Shown: positions 11,330 through 21,958 of the stretch, piece after piece
Position numbering within the stretch: position 1 is the first letter of the stretch
How the letters are laid out: every line of letters starts with the position of its first letter
Assembly: GCA_043228905.1 (NCBI GenBank)
Contig: JBHGNT010000334.1
Span: 1-33,869 of the forward strand
From: Azolla caroliniana
Lineage: Eukaryota; Plantae; Polypodiophyta
Direction of reading: 5' to 3'
DNA length: 33,869 nucleotides
Notes under the pieces: generated by a model
The model's input: the letters and a program-made list of their open reading frames with translations, nothing else
Told to the model about the DNA's origin: nothing
Databases searched by the model: none
Position numbers and translations under genes: made by a program

Positions 11330-13841
11330 TCAACCGGATTGTGTCGAGTTTGAAACTGACCCTACCCAATATGTCTTAACTGCAATGAGTATCTTCTGGG
11401 GATTGAAAGGACCACTTTCATGATCTGCTAGCCTCACTTCCCACCTCATGCCGGATGCAATTTGAGCCACCTTATTCAACACATCCACATCATCTCTCAC
11501 GATAACCGCCCCCTCTGGACGTAATATCCTATCCATCTCCAAGAGAATCCGAGCAATGTTGCACCTAGAATACATGGCAAAACATAGTTTATAATCCACA
11601 TCACACTTTTTTAGACAAGATTCTTGTTAAGACGATATGCTCATAATTGTATGGTATTTTCCTAGTAAAAATGATCACATGCTCTTATGATTATCCCCAT
11701 TAGACACAATATCCAATTAGTAGAGTGTACAAATGTGGAAACGTTTTAAGATTTCTAGTGACATAGACTATTACCTGTCTTGGTACATCCCGAAAATGGT
11801 ATCAGCATGAATAAAATCATATGTTCGTGGATAAGTCGAGAATGCCTCGCACCTACATGATACCACAAGTGTAAATAAGCACTGAAATTATATAGAAATC
11901 TGATAAAATATTTGAAGATGATCCAATCGATGATATTATACCAATCTTGGTAGGTGCCAATCAAGCCTCGCTCATAAATAACACCAAGAGTATTATGCTT
12001 GGCGATCGTGGGGACAACATTCATAACCCACACATTGTCCCGATCTTTTTCAAGGGTGGCCGCAAACCCTCCGAAACCCGCATTCATGTCCATGATGTTC
12101 CGGTATCGACCATTGATTCCTAACGTAGGGACAAGAGAGCTCTTATAGTAATCCACTCTTTTCCTCCACATCTCCATATCATCGGTGAACGTGGACGAAG
12201 AGATTCCCGGAAGTGTCCCCGAGAGGATACGAGGAGGGATGGCGGACAAGCGAGCTGGCCATTTCGATAGGGCTCCCCCGGCCACCTCTTTCCGATCGGT
12301 GGCATCGGGAAGTGGAGTTATACATGTCTCCATCTTTGTATACCATGCGGTGTCGCCATCTCGGCCGACCTCACTCTTGCACATGGCCGGCGTCTTGAAC
12401 ACTCGTCGTGTCTTGATGCAATCCATGTGGTTCCACGGCTTTTGCCATATAGCAAGGTTTCCTTTTTGAATCACTTTCTTCCAACAAAGGCTTCGAGCTA
12501 GGGATTCGATGGCTTCTTGCTCTTCGGTGAGATCTTCCTTGGTCCGTTGCCAACCTTTCCAATGTGTCTCCCAGTTGATTGGAGGACCCGAGAGAATCCA
12601 ATATCCGCCCGGCCGCAACACCCGATCCACCTCAATAAGATACACACCATCTGAAGAAAAGGAATTAGTAGTAGTGGTAGTATATAAGTGCTTCTTTAAC
12701 ATAATTGTGTAATGTGTTAATGTGTGTTTATAAAGTACCATGAATGTCTTCTTTTTCTTACCATAGTCTTTCCATGGGATGAGGCAACGGGAGCAATGCG
12801 CCATGTCGAATGCGCGCGCAGGGTAAGGCAAGCGTTGCGAGGCCATGACGCCCAACATGGCAGGCACACCGCGCTCGAGCGCGAACTGGACTTGTGCCTC
12901 ATGGGTGTCGCGGGGGGCGAATGACATGGTCAGAACGTTGCGATCGAGGAGGTAGGCACCCCAACTAGCAACCTATACATTATACATGGGACCAATCAGA
13001 ATACCAGGAAAACCACAATGCTGTAAACATCTATATGTATATATGTACATGGAACCAATCATTATCCTAGGAACCACAATGCTGTAGCATCTATGTATAT
13101 GTATATATGTATATATTGTATATTGTATATTGTATATTGTATGTGTATGTGTATGTGTAGATAGGCATAGACAGAGATAGAGAGAGACATACCCCACAGC
13201 CAGTGTCAAGGGCAGTTCGGATGGAGCCATCAGAGAGTGATGGGCGAATGAGAGCATGGATGTCATCGATATAGGATTTTGCCCCATTGGGGAACATGGT
13301 GCCGCCTCCGGGGAAGCGGAACGTGTGGGTCGTGCCATCGTATTGGACCCAGTTCTGGACGGCCTTCTCGATCGTGAGCTCCCGGTGCGGGACATTCCCG
13401 AACCACGCCATGTCCCGGCTCTTCGGCCACGGGGGCGGGTTCCGGTACCCTGGCGGGGCCGGGATGAGACACAACATGCTCAATGCCATGTCCATTCCTC
13501 CTCCTTCTTCTTCCTCCTCCTTTGGGCAATGCCTCTCCCTGTACACCAATCTCTCCCTCTCGTAGCGCAGCGAGTTCTCGGTGTCCTCGCATGGCGTGTA
13601 CTCGCTATACTTGAGGTCACATGCTGGCCATGCTCTCATCATCGCATTCATTTTGCTCTTTCCTCCCTCCGAATCTTCTTCTCCTTGCAGAGCAGAATGA
13701 TGATGGTGAGCTTCAAAATCGAGCCCAGAAGTAGAGGACGATTGCTTGTGAGCATCAACGCAATCGTTGGAATTAGAAGTAGACATGGCTATGAAGGTAG
13801 AAGAGGCAGGGGAAAGCGAAGAAGAAGAAGAAGTGCTTAGA

Positions 13842-13872
<31 letters not shown>

Positions 13873-14023
13873 GCCATGCTCCCAGAATGTAGAAGAAAGA
13901 GCAGAGGCAGCAGAGCAGGCCTATGTTAAGAATCCAAGAGAGATTGATGGCTCTCTTGATGGAATGGAGCTTGGGAGAAGGAGAAGCGGTAGTAGGAGGA
14001 TCATGGCATAAAAGCTTCACCAT
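11330..14023 (-). CDS. Probable Golgi SAM-dependent methyltransferase, DUF248/Methyltransf_29 (PMT15/17/18-like), 5 exons, about 687 aa
   Basis: Exons 14023-13193, 12972-12762, 12650-11942, 11852-11775 and 11564-11330, all with GT-AG introns, total 2064 nt in frame. Motifs [75 protein letters not shown] and [13 protein letters not shown]-terminal signal anchor [22 protein letters not shown]. Confidence 0.95.
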
Positions 14024-14048
14024 TTCTGATGGTGATTGATTACCAATG

Positions 14049-14086
14049 TGGATGGATGGATGGATGGATGGATGGATGGATGGATG
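14049..14086. repeat. (TGGA)n microsatellite about 25 bp upstream of the PMT start codon
   Basis: About 9 direct tgga units. Confidence 0.9.
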
Positions 14087-14419
14087 AAAGAGGAGGATTT
14101 TCTTTTTCTGTGTATGTGTCTGTATACAATATTGAGGGGGACTTATGTACTACTGAGCCACTGATATGAACATCTATATAATGAAATGAAATGAGAAGGA
14201 GAAATCGACGCAAAGAAATGATGCGCCGCGGCTCTGTTTCTTCTTTCTCTGCCGCTAAATGAGTGAGTAGATTGTAGGATTTGGGAGGGGGATAGAATTA
14301 TGAAGGTAAAGCAAGAATCCATGGCAACTCATCCCCAACAACATAACTAAAAATCAATACATACACAACACAGATTTTATTTGTTTGTTTAAGTCATCAA
14401 AGATCTTGCGCTCGTGCCC

Positions 14420-14608
14420 GCACATACATACATACACCGCATACATACATACATACATACATACATACATACATACACCGCATACATACATACATACATA
14501 CATACATACATACATACATACATGATACATATATATACATACATACACGCACACACATATTGTTTTTTCTCTTTTTTCTTTGTTGTTGCTGTTCTCTTTG
14601 TTTCTTTG

Positions 14609-14654
<46 letters not shown>

Positions 14655-14848
14655 CCTGTCTGTTTCTTTATTTGTTATTGCAATTTGCAATAATTTGGTC
14701 ACGACATGTGTGGGTGATTTCTTGCCTCTCTCTCTCTCTCTCTCTCTCTCTTCTTTTCATGGTTCCCATTCTTGTCATTGGGACTTATTTGGGTGCATCT
14801 CGAGTTCGGGTTCGTAGTAGCACCAGCACTTGTGTCCGTGTCCGTGTC

Positions 14849-14882
<34 letters not shown>

Positions 14883-15115
14883 CTTGTGCCTGTGGCCCTG
14901 CCCATGCCCGCCCGTGTCTATGTTCATGTCTATGCCCATGCTTGTGCTCCTGCTCATGCCCGTGCCCATACCCGCATTCGTACGATTGTCTTCATATTGG
15001 TGCTCATCTTCATGTTTGTATCCTTCTTCTTTTGTGTGTGTTGTGTGTTGTGTGTTGTGTGTGCACACGTGTGTGTTTGTATCCACATTTTTGTTTTTTT
15101 TTTGTTTGTGTCTGT
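14420..15115. repeat. Compound simple-sequence block: (CATA)n, (GT)n, (CT)n, (ATGCCC)n-like hexamers and degenerate GT tracts
   Basis: (CATA)n about 14422-14545, (GT)n 14613-14653, (CT)n about 14726-14751, hexamer array about 14832-14975. Confidence 0.9.
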
Positions 15116-18100
15116 ATCCCAGGTCAAGCATAATTCCTATCACAACCCATTTGAGATTGAAGCATACAATGTATGTTTCCTTCCTCGTATGTCCCATGTC
15201 TATCTCTCAAAATATAGTGACATGGCGCATGCTGATCATTTTGTCGTGCAACCATTTGTGTGAGTTTTGCTAAGACATCTTAGGGTTTCTATTAGTAATA
15301 TACTACGTATTTTAAAAAGAAAAGGTTTTTGTGTGCTAAACTATTCATATATGTGATTCCCTATGGCTTCTTTCACATAATAAGTAATTCTCTCATTGGG
15401 CCTCCCATGTCTCCAATTTCAATCCAAAGTGACTACTTCAAGCACACATTCTCATTAGAGTTAGGTTAATCAAAGACAACATTCTAATATGGTATTCGTT
15501 AAACAAAAAACCCAAGTATTTGACATGACTAAGGAACTTACCAAAATAACGCCGAAATAATAAAACATTATTCACAATTATACCACCCTCATTGGATGAA
15601 TTCCCTTCATATTTAGTAAATTTCAGAGTATGTATTCATTTGCCATCTCTTGTCTTAACCATGAATTTCATTACAAAGTGTGCTCCATTCCAAGATACAT
15701 GCTTGATAGTTGATGGCATTTATTTTGCAAACTTCATAAACTCTTTCTTTTTTTTACTACCCAATGAGATCCACCGTTATTCATGTGCAACCCACGGCAA
15801 TATTATATACCTTTTCTTCTTGTTGCTACTTTGAAAGTTGATTTATAATCTACCTAGGTTCTATTAGTTCTTCTATTGCCCAGCACTTTGAGCCATCAAG
15901 GTTATGTGAACTTTATGATATACGCCTAGATCATCGAAATATGCTTCAAGGAATCTTGCCTCAATTGTTTTTGTATTTTCTTAAAGCCTCCGCTTGCTAT
16001 TACTAGTAGTATTATTTATTCTTTCTATAGTTTTCTCCAACATAGAAAGAAATCCTTACTGTGCATGCATGTGTCAGCACTATCATATGTTTCAATTAAA
16101 TCCAATAATCTTGTGACTTTATTCTTGTGGTTGAAGCCCAACTATACCTATTGTTCATTCATTAATAATGAATTACATTAAAGGGGTTGCATGTAACATG
16201 GATGTTGTAGGGCAACTTCCCGCAAATTGAATTTGTTTAGGTCTTGACCTAAATAAAATTCCATCCAATGGTCATAGTAGTAATTGATGATATTCATGGT
16301 TTGTATGTGATCCCTAAGGATTATGTATTACCACTACTTTTGTTGCATTCCTTTAATCGTTTGAGAGTACCTAATTCAATTGTGATCACCTTGAGCTTTT
16401 ATGGTTTTGAAAGGGCCAATAATCTTGCCTAGGAAATTTGTGCCATTAGCAACCTACGAGACAATTACCTTGTCTTAGGGGTAATTACCTTGTCTTTGGG
16501 CAATGTACAAGTCCCATCACAACATTCAACTTGTTCAAACATTGACCTTATATTAGTAGACACCTTGGGGTAGACACAACAAAGTACTAGCACAAATCCC
16601 ATATAGGCTAGGCCCGCTCCACACATTTCATATTAGAATCATAACCCTAATTTGTAAGGTTGAGTGCAAACTTGGATGTTCAATGTTGATTGCTCAATTT
16701 GTAATATTTTTATCATTATATTAGTCAATATTTATGTGGTAAATTTTCAAATGGTGCTATAAAAAAGACATTGTAATTCTAATCATTCTCTACCCATTCA
16801 CTTTCTTTTTCTATTTATAAATGTAGCATCTCTCGGTATGAAACCGTACATCATTTTTTTATCATTGAGTTTAGAGAGGCGGATTATTGTCATTTCAAGA
16901 AGTCGAATCTGAAAAGTTACTTGTAAAGCCTATATTTGAAGGCGAAAAGATAAGTATGCTTCCTCTTTATATTTAAAGTTTGGGAAAATGATGAGATTTT
17001 GGTTATTGTCTTGTATAATAAAGTTGTATGGTGCATATTACCTATATATGCTATATATGTCAACCTTTTCAGTAAGATAGAATAATGGTAAGGCAATTCT
17101 AATTTATCAATTCATCTACAATAAGAAAGCAATGCATCACATTGTGTTATGAAAGGTAATTTCTTGTTTTTATCTATGGAACTCCAAGTTTCTACATGAA
17201 AGAACCTACACATATGCTCAATCGCGTGCATGGCACATGCATATATATATATATATGCATGTGTGTGTATGAATATTACATATTAATACACACATAGGTC
17301 AATTATGTTCATGAATGTGTGTATATATGTATACTAGTAGTGGACATACTCTATTCATGTTCTCCACTCGTCATTCACTAAGTAGGGATTAAGCAACACG
17401 GTTTGCGGTTGAGGATATCTTATCATTCTTGTTGAAAATCTTTGCCATCTTTATTTAGCACTAGGGAATGAGTAATATGTATGGTGGGTAAGTTGATGAT
17501 TGGGGCATCTTAGTGTCCTTGATAGTATCTTTGTTGTCTTTATTTAGTGGGGTTCGAGCAAAATGGTAGGCGAGCTAATGGTTGAGGACATCATCATGTT
17601 GTCAATACTCTTGCATTTGTGACATGAGGTGGCATGGTTGTGGGCAGCCATACAATTCTTCCTCAATTTCCCACAATACAAGCTTCCACCCTATTAACAA
17701 TACAATGATCTTTTACAATTTCATATTGTCTCCTCTTTATTTGCTCATTCGGATAGAGAGAAGACTCATCTTTAGTGGTTTCGATTTTCCTTTTATATTT
17801 TGTCTTTTCTTTTTCTTCTCTCTTCTTTTTTTAAGTTGGTTTCTTTTTTCTTTAAAAGCATTTTTCTTTGTTTTTATTTTCCTATCAATTTCTTTTTCTT
17901 TATTGTCTTCAATTGTATAAAATTGATAGACATAGAGATAAAATAATCCGAACAAATGGAGGTCTCGTCCTTCATAGTATCTATTCTCCATTATGCAAGT
18001 CACCAACCTTGCTATCTCTTCAAAATAAACTAACATTTTACCCCTTTTTAATCATTCCCATAAAACATCTTTCCAATACATCCAAATCACACAATATTAT

Positions 18101-20554
18101 TTGTGTGAACAAGACATAAAAAGGATTTGGGAGGGGGAGGGGGAGGGGGAGTGAGATGAGAATGTTATGCACACATATCGTATGTGTCAATGAGTTTCCA
18201 TTTCTCCTTCAATCGACATTATTGTAATATCGTACAACAACTTATTCACCCTCAAGTGTATGTCCACGTGTACTTTTAGTTCATCCACTATCTAAATGGT
18301 TATATAAATGAATGTTGTCCCATCTCTTGATGAAATGCCAAGCATAAAAACGTATGGAGTATAGATTATTGTAGTAATTATTGTAGTAATTATTAATTGG
18401 ATTGTCCAACCATTCTCATCAACTTGTTCAGGATATCATAGCAATGTTTCACTTTCTCCCTCTTCTAGCAACTACATATAAAACAAATACATCATAACGT
18501 TCATTACCTTTAAGTGAATTTGTGCTCATCATAAAAGCACATCGTGTCAGCTTTATTTATTGATGAATCCACATGTGTGCGTGTTTGTGCCGGTACTTAT
18601 CCCCCGAGTTTGAGAATAACATTAGGATTACAATGTTTGATTTAACCAAACATGTACAAGTACTTTTGTCACAACTAGACGTTGACCTCTTACAAGAAAA
18701 GGAAGTTTTGAATGAAGCATATCAAGGTGTTATGACATCTTTTACAGTATGATGTTGCCTACCAATTATGAGATCGATTATCCATCCTCTATTATGTATA
18801 TACAAGGAAGTCTCACCTAGAATTTTGTAAAAAAATAAATCATAGTTTTGCTCTGACACATCCATATTGAATGATGATGCCACGCACTTTGACCCTATTA
18901 GTTCATTTTGTTAGCATTGCCCTTTTCACTCCATGTGTTGTGGAAAAATGACAATGCCATTGTTGTAAAGCTATCTTTTAGGAAACAATAGACATTGTAG
19001 ATGCCTTCAATCTGAAATTATGAAGACATGTATTCTGCATGTATCATATACTAATAAATGACTCAATGGTGTCTACAATTACCAATAAGGTTATGATTTT
19101 TAAACCGTTATACATAAAATACAATAGTATGCTAATCTTTGTACTTGAATAATCGTCATGAATCATAGATCGAGTTTGACTTACACATCTAACTCATCAT
19201 TTAATCACCAAACAAAACTATTTTCCAAAATAAAATAACTAACAAATTAGTATCATTCTAACTGTCTACACGTTTCAGTAAGCAATCGTCCTTGATTGTA
19301 TTCTCATTTGTTGTAATAACCTAGATATTGTCCATGTAGCACATATATGTTGGCAATACACCATGCCACAAATCAATGCATGGTCTTATTTTACCTTGGA
19401 CTACATTGGGCAATACACTAATAGGGAGGGAGCATAAGGAAATAGGGTGTACTTGTTATTGTATTGCCTCATGTGGAGTATGTACACCTAGTACTCTATT
19501 AAGCTTATCAAGGGCTTGACAATACACACTTAAAAAGAGATAATGTGTTACCATTGAGATGGGACGCAATTTCCATTATTTGATCTCATTTAGACATGAA
19601 TAGAGAATACAATTTGATGGCAAATAGTTTTACAACAATGTTTTTTTGTCAACGTGCTCTTTTTTTGGCTCAATTCCATGTAGTTTTACGATATGTTTTT
19701 GTAGAACAACCACAATTGTGTCGCACCATATTTTTCACCACATAACCAAGCTTTAACTCAATCCTAACTTATGAGATCCTTAACAGAGGGAAGAGATCAT
19801 GGTTCCCACCAACTACCCATATGCATACATAAAATATGTCGCACAACATAATGAAGAAAGAAACAATCAAGAATAATAAAATCCTACTAGAAAGAGGGAG
19901 GAGAGGGTGACTCCTAATAACTGTCCATCCATACAATATATCATTAGGCCATGAACCCACTACTATTATCTCTTTCTAATAATAATCGACGATTGTTGCT
20001 TTGACACTTCGGATTGGGCTACAAGTTTACTCCTACATACATACATAATGGCATCTACATAATTCTCTTTGGGTCGGTATTTATGAATTAGACACCATAT
20101 CAAGCATGTATTTTTCTCTAGCTTGGAATGTGTGATCAAGCCATTCACGACCAAATTCGAGGCACGGACAATTTTACAATGCATTTGTAAGGCCAAACTA
20201 TTGTTTAAACTTTAAACATCTAGAACCCACAAGGTTTTTAATGAAATTCATATTATAACATTAAGACCAACTTAGAACTTAACTATTCTTATAAGAGTGG
20301 CAATAGTGTAGCTTTAAAGTTTTTTATGTCATGTATGCCATTGGTCTAAGCCATCTTGGTCTTTGTAAGTACTAAATCTTTTGTGATAATTTTTTTCCTT
20401 AATAGACATTTTGATTGTTTGGCCTCACTCTTCAAAGATTAAAAACGCTTATTTAAAAACCCAAATCAAGGCCTTGTTTTTTTAGTTTTTGTTCTTTAGT
20501 ATTGCTTTTGTCCCGTTCACACGCACAAGTGCATCTACTTACAAACACATTTGC

Positions 20555-20659
20555 ATGTGTGCATATGAACTCACAAAACGTAAGCACACATACACACCAA
20601 CATCGTCATGCCCTTGGTGTGTATGTGTGCTTATGTTTTGTGAGTTCAAATGCACACAT
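20555..20659. repeat. Near-perfect inverted repeat: 46-bp arms, 13-nt loop
   Basis: Arm 20555-20600 is the reverse complement of 20614-20659 with 2 mismatches. Confidence 0.93.
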
Positions 20660-20990
20660 TAATCAAGGAACATAAGCTCATAATTAACACTCAAAATAAT
20701 CATGCTACATTCATCAATGGATGAGAGCATAGAATTAACAAACATAATAACGAGATCATGATTGCTATATTTAACTAATTTGAGTTGATTAAAGACCTAG
20801 GGGTATTTCAAAATCCCCCCCTTTAATCCTCAAAGCTACCAAAAAATCGCCACGGAATAGCCAAAAGGCACATTGGGGTTTGCTTTTATGTCGCGAAGGG
20901 TCCCGAGTGAGCGCTCCGCTATCTCTGCAAATACATGTAGGCAACCACATATAATTGGGTTTCATGCAAAGCCACCAACGTAACTAACAA

Positions 20991-21292
20991 TGTGTTTGTT
21001 ATAGGCCAAGGGCATCCATTCCTTCCCTCCTTGGGAGTGAATAAATACATACCCAGATAGGAAGGTAGTCATCACATAGATAGATAGACATGTACATATG
21101 GGGGCATTTGTCAAGAATAAAGATAGATTTTCCTAAACCAAGACTCTATAGAAGTTCATATTGCCTATATTGCAGAGAAGGAAGGAACTAAGAGCTCTTT
21201 GTGTTTGTTATAGGCCAAGGGCATTCATTCCTTCCTTCCTTGGTTCCAATTGGGTGAATAAATACATACCCAGCCAGGAAGGTAGTCATGAC

Positions 21293-21341
<49 letters not shown>

Positions 21342-21463
21342 CATATAGATAGAGGGGCATTTGTCAGGAATAAAGATAAACTCAGGGTCATTCTTTATGG
21401 GGATTTTCCTATACAAGACCTCCACAGAAGATCATATTGCCCATGTCGCAAAGAAGGAAGAAG
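20991..21463. repeat. Diverged tandem duplication (about 200 and 260 bp), second copy with expanded (GATA)n
   Basis: tgtgtttgttataggccaagggcat...catattgcc...gaaggaag starts at 20991 and at 21200. (GATA)n at about 21293-21341. Confidence 0.88.
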
Positions 21464-21958
21464 GCGACGACTACGACGACGAAGTAGCAGCAGCAGCTGA
21501 AGGATCTCTGACCATTTATGGAAGTCTGCATTCTCATTACATGCTTAATATCTCTCTTGGATCTATGGGACCCATCTGCTTACAAAGTATCCATCACTCC
21601 TCGACATCATTTAGTGCAAGAATCTTAGTCTTCTATGAAGGTCTCTCTCTATTACACATATTCAACAGAAGGAAGCATCATGATGGAATTCACTCTGAAC
21701 AGAGGAGACGGTCAGCTACAGTGTTCTTGTGGTGGGAAGAGGTATTTAAGGAAAGCTAAGTTGGATCCATGTAACCTGTATTTGTGTTTATTTTGAAGCA
21801 AATATGAAGAGTAAATCATGGTAGGTAGCGCAATGATAAGGAAGTTGAAGCATGAGTATCCAAATCAACGCACGAATGGTCAACAACGTAGTGTAAAATG
21901 AGTGAGCCCTCAAATTAAAACCACAAGAAATAAGGAGAAGAATGGTTGATTCATTGGG

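Noticed and set aside
12120-13840. Antisense and alternative-frame ORFs over the PMT gene
   Set aside because: Shadows of GC-rich exons with no independent motifs.
14354-15273. His-Gly, Cys-Pro and Met-Pro repeat ORFs suggesting a metal-binding peptide
   Set aside because: The same hexamer and tetramer repeats are open in nearly all frames on both strands, as expected for simple repeats.
17582-18119. Lys-rich and Phe-rich ORFs
   Set aside because: Products of a pyrimidine-rich low-complexity tract.
18180-19020. Possible very old DNA-transposon relic on the minus strand
   Set aside because: Only scattered short resemblances broken by stops, not distinguishable from chance by eye.
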